In this document: positions 44,360-58,047 of the stretch, one piece after another
How positions within the stretch are numbered: position 1 is the stretch's first letter
Layout: every line of letters starts with the position of its first letter
NCBI GenBank assembly: GCA_951406725.2
Contig: OX597826.1
Span: 27,342,001 to 27,406,000 of the forward strand
Source of the DNA: Octopus vulgaris
Lineage: Eukaryota
DNA length: 64,000 nt
Reading direction: 5' to 3'
Position numbers and translations under genes: made by a program
Notes under the pieces: generated by a model
Seen by the model: the letters and a program-made list of their open reading frames with translations, nothing else
Databases searched by the model: none
Told to the model about the DNA's origin: nothing

Positions 44360-44720
44360 ATGGCCCCGTGGTTAGGTCGTAGGATCGCGGTTTCGATTCC
44401 CAGACCGGGTGTTGTGAGTGTTAATTGAGCGAAAACACCTACAGTTCCACGAGCTCCAGTAGCGGGTGGTGGCGAACCCTGCTGTACTCATTCACCACAA
44501 CTTTCTCTCGCTCTTTCTTCCTGTTTCTGTTGTACCTGTATTTCAAAGGGCCAGACTCGTCATACTCTGTGTCACGCTGAATCTCCCTGAGAACTATGTT
44601 ATGGGGTACACGTGCCTGCAGCATGCAAAGCCATTTTTCACGTTAATTTCACGAGCAGGCTTTCCATTGATGGGCTCAACTGGAACCCTCGTCGTCGTAA
44701 CCGACGGAGTGCCACGACGA
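44360..44720 (+). mobile_element. tRNA-derived SINE family C
   Basis: GTGGTTAGG..GGTTTCGATTCC head and 3' GGAACCCTCGTCGTCGTAACCGAC; reverse copy at 53855-54215. Confidence 0.75.
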
Positions 44721-45548
44721 TATGTGTCGGTGCACGTATGCATATGATATATGTAAATGTGTGCGTTTTTGTGTCAATTTATATATGTATGTATTATTAT
44801 TATTCCTATCTTTGGGCTTCTTTTGCACATCATTATTGTGTGCCGTGTGCGTGCATGGATAGATATGTGTATATTTTGTGTTATGTGTAGGTGTGTGCCA
44901 GTTTGTGTGTGTATATGTTAGTACGTGTGTGCGTGTCTCTACGTCTGTATCGACATGTTCTTGAATGTAACTAAATGTATGTGTATGTGTTTATGTTGTA
45001 TCTCTATTGTTCTATGTGACTGAGTGTATATGAGTGTTGCATGGGTTTATGCATGCGTATAATGTTGAAGTGATTTATAAAGATGCTTTAAGTAGATGGT
45101 CATGTTTAAGGAGTTGGTGTGGGGAGTAAGGGTATGGACGTTTGGTGGGGCGGGGGTACTGGTCTTGGAAGTGGTGTGAACGAGAGGGAAACGAAGTGAT
45201 AGACACGGAGTGTCAACGAGGTAGGTTATAAACGGTGAGAGAGAAAGAAAGAAGTACAATGGAAGAGGAGAAAGATAGAGGTAAAGAGAGAAGTGGCTGA
45301 AAGATGTTCAAAATAAGCAAGATGTATACACGTATGTGCATGTATACATATACATATAGGCATACACACACACACACACATATTTATGTAACTCAAAGAC
45401 CAAGAGAAAAAGACTGGTGCATCTGCATCGCCACAGCTCTGAGCTAAAACTACAGAAAAAAAAGAAAAGATAGGCATGCCATCCGTATGGTATATACAGG
45501 GATATGCATTTGTGAGTGTTTGTATTTGTATATATGTATAGACATAAA

Positions 45549-45618
<70 letters not shown>

Positions 45619-46534
45619 TGTGTGTGCATGTATATATATATATATATATATAAAGATATATATGTATGTATAGGTAATCCAAACATGAACAAAGAAGAAA
45701 AGAGACAACGCGAGGACGTGGAATAAGTACAGTGTTATTGGACGCTCAGAAAAGAAAAAAAGGACACATACATACACATGTATATATATATATATCACCG
45801 TGACCGACCAGGCCATCAGATGTTGTTACACATCGCTGGTCACAATGCGCTTCGCATTGTTTTAGCCTTCAAATGACGCCACCCCGCTGGCTAAGCGAGC
45901 AGGCCAATATATATATATATATGCACATATATGTATATATATATATTTATATATATGTGTATGTATACATATGTATATACATTACATAATATGTAGATAC
46001 ATGTATCTGTGGGGGGGGGTAATATTTTGGACTACTGGGTACACATCAATTAATTGATGCCTGAACTCTGAATTGAGCCTGAGCTCTGCCGTGCGTGAAC
46101 ACTAGATTCTAACAGTTATGTGCTACCCGGTGCCATCCGCAGTTGGGGTATATTTACCTTTGGATCTATTTCAGGAATTTCGCAGTCTTAGTTGAAATAA
46201 TAATCGATTGAATAAACAGAAGCTGGAATTGATATAGCTTAGAATACTGTACAACGATCGTTTCGACGCACCCTGCGACTGGCGTGCATCATACTATGTT
46301 GAATCAATCTTTCAGTCTAGGACATATCAGATACATTCATACACCAAGTGGTGTTCGCTGAAGATCTTGATTTAGGGCCGCCATGTTGTTATTTTTCCCG
46401 CTACATTTAGTGAACATAGTATGCTGCCCACCTATAAAGGACAGTAGCAGGATTGGCTGAAACGATCGTCGTACAAAATAGACAGTTATACCATTCCGTC
46501 TTCTGTCTATTTAATCGCTTATATATATATATAT

Positions 46535-46578
<44 letters not shown>

Positions 46579-47035
46579 TGTGTGTGTGTGTTGGGTATGG
46601 TGTAATACTGAGGAAAAAAAATTCGTCAGAATTTTGGAAGAAAAATATTTTTATTTCTTCATTATTATTAGCGTTTTTGTTTAGTTGACAAGTTCGAGAA
46701 ACGGTGAAAGTGCAAATAATAACGAAGAAATAAAAGGATTATTTTTTCCAAAATTCTGACGACTTTTTTCTCAATACGCACACAATCACACACACACACA
46801 CACACATACATATATATATATTTATATATATATATAGGAATATTGAGTCTCGAAGCCACAATAAAGCTATAAATGTCAGAGTGTAAATATTTATTATAAA
46901 CACCTTAGATAGTAAAAGTTGAAGATTTCTAAACTTGTCGACGTTTCTAAATTCATATATCAGAAGTATATGTTCGTGTGATCAGGTATGTATTTATGCC
47001 TGAATGTACGTGTCTATTTACCTACATAATATATA

Positions 47036-47440
47036 CTCTCTTTACTCTCTTTTACTCTCTTTTACTTGTTTCAGTCATTTGACTGCAGCCATGCTGGAGC
47101 ACCGCCTTTAGTCGAGCAAATCGACCCCGGGTCTTATTCTTTGTAAGCCCAGTACTTATTCTATCGGTCTCTTTTGCCGAACCGCTAAGTGACGGGGACG
47201 TAAACACACCAGCATCGGTTGTCAAGCAATGCTAGGGGACAAACACAGACACATAATCACACACACACACATATATATTTATACATATATATACGACAGG
47301 CTTCTTTCAGTTTCCGTCTGCCAAATGCACTCACAAGGCATCGGTCGGCCCGGGGCTATAGCAGAAGACACTTGCCCAAGATGCCACGCAGTGGACTGAA
47401 CCCGCAACCATGTGGTTGGTTAGCAAGCTACTTACCACAC
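47036..47440 (-). mobile_element. SINE family A copy
   Basis: Near-identical reverse match to 31301-31735. Confidence 0.9.
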
Positions 47441-47473
47441 ATACATACATATGCGTGAGTGTGTGTGTGTATG

Positions 47474-47530
<57 letters not shown>

Positions 47531-47533
<3 letters not shown>

Positions 47534-48495
47534 CGCTCTGATGAATAAGTATTCGGACTGTTGCCATAATAACGAAACTAAAGCACGCAGAGTAAAATCG
47601 CTTGGCCCAGATTACGCCTGAACTCTGCCGTGCGTGAACATTAGATTTTAACATTCTAGCTCGTTTCTGCTGTTTACAGCAGTGCTTCAAAAAAAGGTCT
47701 GATTATGTGATCGTCGCATTGACCATGACAGAAAATTGTGCAGAGAATCTGCATCAAAATTTGGCCAAAAGATCGGCGTTACCTGCTCAGAGGCCTAAGC
47801 AAAGTTTTCAAAAGGTTTTGATGTAGGAAATCTTGCGCAATTGAAACTCGAGTGCCTTTTTCGTCGGGCTGAAAGCAGTTTTGACACAAACTTGGCAGAA
47901 TCGCGTCTCATACGCAGATCTTTAATGATAATGGACTGAAGTAAACTGTAACTTATCTGCACAATCTCTGATAAATCACGGACTGTGTTTCGATGATATC
48001 CCCTCACTGCTTCATCTGTCTTTACGTTCTGAGTTCAAATTTCACTGAAGTCAACTATGCCTATCATTCTTTCGGGGTCGATAAATTAAATACCAGTTGC
48101 GTACTAGGGTCGATCTAATCGAACGGCCCCCTACCCCAAAATTTTGGGCCGTGTGCCTAGGGTATAAAGGATTTCTCCTCAAAGCTGCACGCACATCTGC
48201 GACATTTTTCTCACTTCTGCTAGTGGCGGATCTCCCAGAATGTTCGTCAATATCGACATTTTTCGGCCATCTTGGAAACGTCTGAAACACTCGTGCACTC
48301 TACATACAATATCTACAAATTTGCGTAAGCCCCTGAGAAGGTGTCACCATGACAACTTTCATAGTGGATGCGACGATCACACGCTACACACTTTTCTTCG
48401 CAGCACTGCTGTAAACAGTTGAAGTGAGCTAGGACGTTAAAACTTAGTGCGCATGGACAGCCGAGTTCGAGATCAATCTTTGCCAAGTGGTTTCA
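47531..48495. mobile_element. Mariner-derived element with two opposed 5' ends and a nested SINE B (48010-48165)
   Basis: Plus QRICIK-type N-terminus near 47740; minus DEHSGRSATSR..VRAAL and DLRMRRDSAKFVSKLLS; CTGTTTACAGCAGTGCT..GTGATCGTCGCAT on both strands (47670-47720, 48365-48418). Confidence 0.75.
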
Positions 48496-49169
48496 CACAC
48501 ATACATATATATCACAGGCTTGCTTTAGTTTCTGTCAGCCTAATCCACTGACAAGGATTTGGTCGGCTTGAGTGTACAATGGAAAACAGGTGCCCGAGGT
48601 GCCTCGACATAGAATTGAACCCAGAATCATGCAAATGAGAAGTAAGCAACTTACAACACAGCTACGGCTGCTTTCAAATATCAAGCAAATTTCAGAAACG
48701 ATAAAGAAAAATTAAAATTACAGAAAAAACAAAAATACAACTAACCAACAACATAAAACGCTAATATAAAAAAATTATTTTCCTGCTATTCCAAAGAGCA
48801 TTGGAAAGAAACGAACGAATTTATCTGACAACCTCGTAATATATAGTTTCATGCTTAATTAAGCAAATCTATTGCTACAAAAATATTTATGAAGCGTGTT
48901 TCCTATAAACATTCTTTGATCACCATTTTATTTTCTTTGTGTACGCTTATTTCTTTTGTGTGAAAATATAATTGATGTTTAATATAGTAGAGTGAGAAAG
49001 TGATGGTCCTTGTGTACATGCGTCCTTAAAAGTTCAACCCGTGGAAATATTTGGCGCTCTTCGTGTTAGTTCTACCAAGGAACTATCGGATATAGAATTA
49101 ACATTAACGATAAGCCTAGCACAAAAGATATACAGATATGCATGTGCGTGTATATCATTCATGATAGAT

Positions 49170-49345
49170 CGTTAGCTACTACACACATTTTTTTCTCATT
49201 TTTTTCTCTCACTGTTTTTTTCTGTGTCCCTTTCTGTAGAATAGCGTAGGCTCGAAACATAAAAGATATTTTCTATTCCTGAGCGTTATACTAATACATC
49301 TGTTTGTTTTGTACAGCACCTGTCTTCGTCTTTTGTTTTTTTCGT
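49170..49345 (+). mobile_element. H3-related short element with degenerate hammerhead
   Basis: 49230-49265 reads CTTT-CTGTAGA-A-TAGC-gtag-GCTC-GAAA-CATA-AAAG; downstream CTGAGCGT..TAATAC resembles 56150-56175. Confidence 0.5.
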
Positions 49346-49354
49346 AAACTCTCC

Positions 49355-49398
<44 letters not shown>

Positions 49399-49454
49399 AT
49401 ACATGTATATATATATATATATACACTATATATGCGCATGTATAATGCATACAT

Positions 49455-49860
49455 ATTTTTTTATTATTTTACTTGTTTCTGTTATTTGAATGCGGCCATG
49501 CTGTGGCATCGATTTGAATATTTTTTAGTTGAATAAATGGACTCTAGTACATATTCTTTAAGCCTGGTACTTATTGTATCGGTACATTTTGCCGAACCGC
49601 TAGTTTACGGGGACGTAAATACACCAACAACAGTTGTTAAGTGGTGATGGGAGGACAAACACAGGTGCAAAGACACGCACACACACAAACACACACGCAC
49701 ACACATATATACATTTATATACGACGGGTTTCTTTCAGTTTCCGTCTACAAAATCCACTCACAAGGCTTTGGTCGGCTCGAGATTATACTTGAAGAAACT
49801 TTCCCAGTGTAGCATAAAGTAGGACTGAACCCGGAACCATGTGGCTGGGAAGCAAGCTTC
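49455..49860 (-). mobile_element. SINE family A copy lacking the start of its head
   Basis: Reverse match ending at AGCAAGCTTC. Confidence 0.8.
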
Positions 49861-52180
49861 TTTATTTCATTACATCTGCCATAAAGGCAGTACATAGAGT
49901 AAAGTAGCTTTGCGGGCTGGACGAGGACATTAATGAAATGAATGATAATGAAAGAAAGATGATAAGGATGGGAGAAGACAAAAAGCGCCCGCCGACTTCT
50001 GCTTCTTTAAAACATTGTTCTTTAAAACTAAACACAAAATGAAGTATTAAACCTCTTACAACTTTTACAACTTAACAGTCCATTACAAACAACAACATAG
50101 TTCAATAATTATATATAATATAAATACAATACACAAAGCCCCTCCTCCCAGTCCTGGCTTACACTTCCCTTAGGAATGCGCCAGCTCTAGGTCGGGGCCC
50201 CTCAAGTCGTATCTAAACATGTCCTATCAAATATAAAAAATACATTATCACTTCTCCCTTCCTCCTCTTTCCGGTCCTCCAGTCAAATATCTAGCCGCCT
50301 GCGGAGCAGACCTCGTTGACAGCCGGGGAGTTCAGAAAGAAAGCGAAGTGCCTATTATCAAATTTTTGTGTCACACAGTGCCACAATTTATGACTCATCG
50401 TCAAAATAACTTGTGCCCGCATTCTCTACCATCCTCCACGCCTCTTCCAAAACCACATCGAGTTCCGTGTTAGCGTTGCCCGGGTACAAGCGATATTCCT
50501 CATTGAGCTCCTCCAGCTTAAACGTCACGTCGAACGTCGTGGCCTCCACAGCTATCTGCGGAGGCCATTCGGGGTCCTGTCTGAAGGCTGAAGGTGCTCC
50601 CTTATGGTACTTTTCCATCACCTTTTCAATCTCTCCGCCTCTACGGAAGAAGATCAATACATCGTCTTTCCCCGGGGCAGGGATATTCAATTTTGTATTA
50701 TCAGTTCCCGATAATGGTGTTTCTTCTACTGTCGGTGGCACAACCCCAACCGACGTAGTTCCAGGACATTCCGGTACTATGTCACCGACTGCCGGCAATG
50801 TCCCGTTTCTCTTCCTCTTCCTCTTTTTTATCTTTTCACTGAGGGAGGGTGCGTCTCCTCCGTGGCCGGAAGATTCACCTTTCCCTCCTCATCCCTAGGA
50901 TCCTTTGGTGAGCACCCATTGTTGCTCACCTTCTTCCTCTTTCGGCCCCTGTTTGAGGAGTCCTCCGCTTCCTCGGCTGTCTTCACTCCCTCTTCTACAG
51001 GGGTCTCACTTAACTGCTCCGGGATCTTATTTTGTTCCCGGGGACAGTTTATCTTTATATGGCGGGACTCCAGACACCGATGACACCTGGGTGGGGGCGA
51101 CCCTCAAGTATCACCGGTTACCTGCACCGGCCATTTTCAAAAAATCTGGAAAAACCAGATTGGCTGATTGGGTCCAAAGGGTCAAAATTGCTTTTGACCC
51201 AATCCAAACAGCCGCAGGAAGAACTTTCACATTAAGAAGCTTGGTCCCGCTACCACCCAGACACAGGCGGATAGTCTCCTCTATCCACTCGGGTTTTCTC
51301 CCGGGTGGCAGCCCGCAGATCAAAGCTTTCGTCAACCTCTTCCCATGATACGTGGGAAGAAATAACATTTCCTTACTCTCCATGGGTTGACTAGCAAATT
51401 TGCGAGCCTCTTCAGGGGTGTTAAATACCAACCACACCGTTGCATATCTGACACCCCTGGAAATGAATTTAATTGTTGGCAAATACTCTGCCAACTCCTT
51501 TTCAATTGCCGTCATTTCGAATAGGGCGATGGTGTCGAGTGCCTTGGAGTAGGTTCTCAACACCACCGTCCTATCTTCACGGTCTTTTAACCACTTTTTA
51601 GGCGGTATAATCTCCCATTCCCAAAGTTTGTCATTTTTCATTGCCATGTTTCTTTTTTTTTTTTTTGAAATATATTTAAAATAAAACTTAAAAAGCGAGA
51701 AGAAAAAAGAAATCAAAAGAAAGTCACAATAAACAAAAAGGAGAGAATCAAATAAAGTTTAGAAGAAAGTCAATAGTTCAGGAACACACCAAAAAAAATC
51801 TTCCGGCCATTCGGTACTCCCGGCCTAGGTTGAACCCGGAACGCCACAACTTCCACAAGAATTGATATACAAATTGTTCAATCTTCGGATGCAAAACACT
51901 CCCCCATACAGCAGTTCTCACAATTATTAAAGTTCTTCAAAAGTCACAATACAAGCAAGAATTCTCATAAATAAGTGAGAAAAATATTCACTCAACGTAA
52001 ACCGTAGACGAGGATACGCCCCACCAAAAATGAATCCGATAAATTCTCAATACACAAAAACAGCAGCCGCCGAGAGCAGGCGAAATTGTCCCAGAGCTGG
52101 GCACAATTTACTGAAAAAATAATTCGTACGCAATAAATTAGGTCCAGCTCACAACAAACAAAATCACCTACCTCGACAAC
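49861..52180 (-). mobile_element. L1/Tx1-like element with only a disrupted ORF1 (gag-like, CCHC)
   Basis: Minus ORF from ATG 51647, frameshifted into CHRCLESRHIKINC (C-x2-C-x4-H-x4-C, 51044-51085), then a low-complexity region to ~50388; AATAAA at 49861-49866; no RT or endonuclease. Confidence 0.7.
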
Positions 52181-52304
52181 CTTCTCTGTTTTTGTTCTTT
52201 TTTCTTTTTAGGGCGCATATATATATGTATATATATATACATATATACATGTATATATATATACATATGTACATATATATATAAATGTATATACATATAT
52301 AAAT

Positions 52305-52350
<46 letters not shown>

Positions 52351-52369
52351 TCAGTTCATATAAACAAAC

Positions 52370-52550
52370 AGTTCAAATAAACGAATAACAGATCTAAGAA
52401 ACAACGAACGTGTGGACGTGCAAAATAAATATATTAGTTTGACGCTCGGTGAAAGGAGAGAGTTTGACGTTTCGAGCATAGCTCTTCACCGTAAAGGAAA
52501 AAGAGAAAAAGAGAAAAGTCTAAGGGTTGAGGAGAAATCTCCAACGGCAC
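52370..52550 (-). mobile_element. H3-related short element with degenerate hammerhead
   Basis: Reverse complement of 52463-52495: TTT-ACGGTGA-A-GAGC-tat-GCTC-GAAA-CGTC-AAA. Confidence 0.5.
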
Positions 52551-53236
52551 GCATTGCTATATATACACACATAAGTATAACTGGTGCAGGTGAAGGTACG
52601 TGTTAAGAAGTTGGCATTACTATCAGCCCCAGAACGTGTCACCTTGTCCATGTGTCTTCGACCATATCTCTGGGTCGACCAATGGGCAGGCCTATAGAAA
52701 ATTCGAATGGATTTGGTAGACCGAAACTGAAAGAAACCTTTCGAATATACGTACAAATATATGTATATATATATACACACACACACACGTATGTGTATTT
52801 GTGTTTTCTGTTTTCGTGTGTGTCATTATGACTGTGCTTGTCTGACATCGACATTTGACAACCGGTGTTGTGTTTACGTCCCCTTAACTTACCAGCTTGG
52901 AAAAAGTGTCTAATAGATGAAGTACCTGGTTTTACAAAAGATTAGTAGTGTGTTGGATTCTTCAACTAAAATTCTTCAAGACGGAGCTCAAATGACTGCA
53001 ATAAGTGCAAGATAAAGAATATATAATCTTCACAAATGACATCTAAATATTCTTCCTATAGACGACACTTAGTAGTGCTCAAAAGATTAAAACTTAGTCT
53101 CCGATGTCATGACCGGGGATCAGTTCCACAAGCTAAAAGGGGTCTATAAGAGCGATCAAGATGAGGAGGTATATAGGCAATTATGTGGATAAAGAAGTTA
53201 GGTAGATTAAATATGTTAAAGATATGAAATACAATA

Positions 53237-53818
<582 letters not shown>

Positions 53819-53854
53819 ATGAAATACAATAGTTTGGGTATGAACTACAAAATA

Positions 53855-54215
53855 AGTGACACTTTGTCGGTTACGACGACGGGGGTTCCAGTTGATCCGA
53901 TTAACAGAATAGCCTGCTAATGAAATTAACGTGAAAGTGGCTGAGAACCCCTCAGACATGTGTGCCCTTATCGTAATTCTCGGGGAGATCAGCGTGACGC
54001 AGGTTATAACAGGGCTGGCCCTTTGAAATATTGGTACGAGAGAAACAGGAAGAAAGAGTGAGAGAAAATTGTGGTGTAAGAGTACAGCAAGGTTTGCCAC
54101 CAACCCCTGCTGGAGCCTCGTGGAGCTTTAGGTGTTTTCGCGCAGTCTAGGAATCGAAACCATGAACTTACGACCGAAAGTTCGCTGCCCTAACCTCGGG
54201 ACCATTACGCCTCCA
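53855..54215 (-). mobile_element. SINE family C copy
   Basis: Reverse match to 44360-44720; ACAAAATA on both flanks. Confidence 0.75.
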
Positions 54216-55167
54216 CACAAAATATGTATATATGTATACATGGAACTTTTCTACATTAAAATCTGAAATGTGAATCTCCTCAACTTTGATGACGGAGGCC
54301 CGTCTTATCCAATGTTAATTGCATCGATGACGGCTGCATATTTTGATGAACTGCATCTACCATCATTTTTATTGATGTTCGAAAGGCGGCGAGCTGGTAG
54401 AACCGTTGCACGCTGGACAAAATGCTTAGCGGTATTTCGCACGTCGCTAAGTTCTGAGTCCAAATGCAACTTTGCTTCTCATCCTTTCGTGGTCGATGCA
54501 CTGGGATCGATATACACGACTAACCCTCTTCCCTCAAATTTCAGGCTATTATTGATGTTCGAGCCCCAATAAGGAGCCTTTGGACTTATAACACCTTTCT
54601 TCCAGCCCGTTCATTTTCTCTATCGTTTGTATTCTGTGTAAGTTGAACCTATCAATATTAACATCCATATAATTATACTTGAAAATTCACCACCCGAAAG
54701 TCTCCACCTTTGGCTGTCTCTCGTTTTGCACGTATACATACAGACATATTTTGTATTTCATACTCATACTGTTATAGTTAACATAATTAATATACTCAAT
54801 ATATTTAAACTATTTAGTTTGTTTAGCCATACATACGCACGAATACTCACACAAATACACACATACACATAATTATATATGTATCTATGTGTTCATGTAT
54901 TCATGTATATCATTATCCATTGGTGAAAACGTTGTGGACTTAGTTGTTTGATCAAGAGAATTAATTTCCCATAGAATTATCATATAAACTGCTCAGCAAA
55001 ACACGGCAATGTACAGTGACATTTTATCATAGTTCTTAAGCAAAATCAGGGATAGCAAGATCAGTGTTTAATAGGCCAATACCAATGAATTACAGAAACA
55101 ATACCAATAAACAACCCCAATGAATTACAGGAACGTCAATGCAGCAGCCTCGCTTGACAAGCGATAT

Positions 55168-55273
<106 letters not shown>

Positions 55274-55290
55274 ATATGTATATATATACA

Positions 55291-55791
55291 TATAAGAAAT
55301 ATTGAATTTCTAAATCTCTCGTAGAGACATGTACGGTGGTGGGGCGATAGAATGGTTGTATACTGTCAATCTAACAAGAACGTGACAGTAGGGGGTACAT
55401 CACCGCTGTATAGCCCTAGGAAGCATCGAACGCCTCCTGACGGCTTTGACACATTTTTTCGGAGAGATTTAGAAATTCAATATTTCTTATTTTGATAATC
55501 AGTGAATAAACTTCACTGAGTTTACATATATACAGATACGAAGTCGAGGCAAATATCCTCAGCTGACCGGTGTCTGCTACTCTAGGCCGATGAAGGACAA
55601 CGATCCTGAAACACGGTGTCCCTAGATGCAGTTCCGGCGGCCGGGGGTGTTTGTCTCCCCTTCGTATATGTATATAAGGACACAGGGAAAAAATGTGTCA
55701 AAACGTCAGGAGGCGTTCGATGCTTCCTAGGGCTATACAGCGGTGGTGTACCCCCTACTGTCACGTTCTTGTTAGATTGACAGTATACAAC

Positions 55792-55798
<7 letters not shown>
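55291..55798. mobile_element. Family H1 inverted, circularly permuted insertion in (TA)n
   Basis: Minus part 55291-55460 spans the junction between the end (55688-55798) and start (55462-55490) of the plus part. Confidence 0.85.
55581..55626 (+). ncRNA. Type-I hammerhead ribozyme motif (U4C core)
   Basis: TCTAGG-CCGATGA-AGGA-caacga-TCCT-GAAA-CAC-g-GTG-TC-CCTAGA; predicted cleavage after 55620. Confidence 0.8.
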
Positions 55799-55846
<48 letters not shown>

Positions 55847-55848
<2 letters not shown>

Positions 55849-55940
55849 CTCCTTCCCTTCTTTCCCGAGCGTCAAATAATACTTTAATTGTTCCACGTCC
55901 TCGCGTTGCTGTGTTTTTTTCTGTGTTTTCTTGTTTGGAT

Positions 55941-55978
<38 letters not shown>

Positions 55979-55993
55979 TGTATATATATATAT

Positions 55994-56028
<35 letters not shown>

Positions 56029-56228
56029 TATATATGTGACCGCGTCTGTGCCGTTGGCGATTTTTTTCCCCTGTCTTCCCTTCTCTGGATCTTTCCTTCC
56101 CGTATGTTTCCGACGAAGAGCTCCGCTCGAAACGTTAAACCCTCCTTCTTTCCTGAGCTTCCAATAATACTATATTTGTTCCATGTCCTCGCGTTGTTGT
56201 GTTTTTTTGTGCTTCATGTTTGGATTAA

Positions 56229-56230
<2 letters not shown>
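55847..56230 (+). mobile_element. Family H3: partial tandem element with minimal hammerhead at 56106-56140
   Basis: GTTT-CCGACGA-A-GAGC-tcc-GCTC-GAAA-CGTT-AAAC; direct repeats 55847-55945 and 56139-56230; fragment also at 45673-45765 (minus). Confidence 0.75.
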
Positions 56231-56290
<60 letters not shown>

Positions 56291-56850
56291 AAAGTTTATA
56301 TGCCAACAGAATGTAGCAGTCCCATAAAGGACGATGTTACTGTCGTTTTAGCCCCGGGAGAAAATCTTTTCCAGCGAAATGTCGATACGCAGTTTCTGTC
56401 CATATAGCATTTGCAAGGGAGATCATCACTCCCATCTCTAGCCTTACGTGATACTCACAGACTAGGTTTCTGAGTGATTACCCGTCCTCAGTGTGAGACA
56501 GTTACAGTACAGTAATGAAAGGTTTCTCCACTCGAAAATGCTAAGTATTTTTTAAGCGACACACAATCGCTGATCTCGTATAGAGAACAACAACTTGTTT
56601 TAAATGTCTAAGCGACACATATACAGTAACAGCACCGAATAGTAAAGTTTATATGCAAACAGAATCTAGGAGTCCCTTGCAAATGCTATACAGACACAAA
56701 CTGCGTGACGATAGCCAACTAGAAAAGATGTTTTCCTGGAATTAAATCAATAGTAACATCGTCCTTTATAGGACTGCCACATTCTATTGTTTTAATCCCA
56801 GGAAAACATCTTTTCCAGCTGGCTATAGTCACACAGTTTGTGCCCGTATA

Positions 56851-56852
<2 letters not shown>
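56291..56852. mobile_element. Family H6 rearranged element with canonical-core hammerhead at 56454-56497 (minus)
   Basis: Reverse complement: CTCACA-CTGAGGA-CGGGT-aatc-ACTCA-GAAA-CCTAG-TC-TGTGAG; 56305-56420 is inverted at 56671-56789; AAAGTTT(T)ATATGC.AACAGAAT recurs at 56291 and ~56645. Confidence 0.75.
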
Positions 56853-56902
<50 letters not shown>

Positions 56903-56912
56903 TGTATGTATG

Positions 56913-56944
<32 letters not shown>

Positions 56945-57659
56945 TGTATGTATGTATGTATATGCCTGAAGGTCTGTGTTTGTGCCCCCAACATCACTTG
57001 ACAACCGACGATGGTGTGTTTAGCTCCCTGTAATATTAGCGGTCCGGCAAAGTGACCGATAGAATAAGCACTAGGCTTACAAAGAATAAGTCCTGTGGTC
57101 GATTTGCTCGACTAAAGGCGGTGCTCCAGCATGGCCGCAGTCAAAGAACCGATGAGCTGTTTTCTTCCTTAAGTATATATATATATATATAAGGATAGGC
57201 ATATTAAAAGGGGGGGGGGGCATTGGGAATATTCATTTAAATTAAGGGGTTGTGAACCACTATTTGGGGCCACTGCGAACAGGTTGAGGACGTCTGGATT
57301 AAAGCAAGAAAAATGTGTTTGATTCTGTTTGTGTTTATGTCAATAAATACCTACGTCCGTGTGTGTGTGTGTGTGAGTATGTGTATGTGAGAGTGTGTGT
57401 GTGTGTATGTGTGTGCGTATGTGTACGTGTGTGTCTGATATTCTACGTACGAATGTGTATATATATACGAATATGTATATATATTCTACGTACGAATGTA
57501 CATATATGTATGTACGTAAAATTATGCTTGTTTATGTCTATAAGCGTTCACATCTACGTCAATATGAACTTGTATGGTATTGTGCGTGTATGTAGATATT
57601 TGTATTATGTAATACATATATACATATTTGTATGCCTGTATATACATATGCACACATAC

Positions 57660-57696
<37 letters not shown>

Positions 57697-57715
57697 TATT
57701 TATCCATATATATAT

Positions 57716-57783
<68 letters not shown>

Positions 57784-57827
57784 GTGTGTGTTTGTGTGTG
57801 TGTGTGTGTGTATATGTATATATATAT

Positions 57828-58047
57828 GAGCTGGCAGAACCGTTAGCACGCCGGACGAAATGCGTAGCCGTATTTCGTCTGCCGTTACGTTGTGAGTTCA
57901 AATTCCGCCGAGGTTGACTTTGCTTTTCATCCTTTCGGGGTCGATAAATTAAGTACCAGTTACGCACTGGGGTCGATGTAATCGACTTAATCCGTTCGTC
58001 TGTCCTTGTTTGTCCCCTCTATGTTTAGCCCCTTGTGGGCAATAAAG

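Noticed and set aside
47536-47593. CTGATGA...GAAAC string
   Set aside because: No stem II or III; it lies at the end of a mariner remnant.
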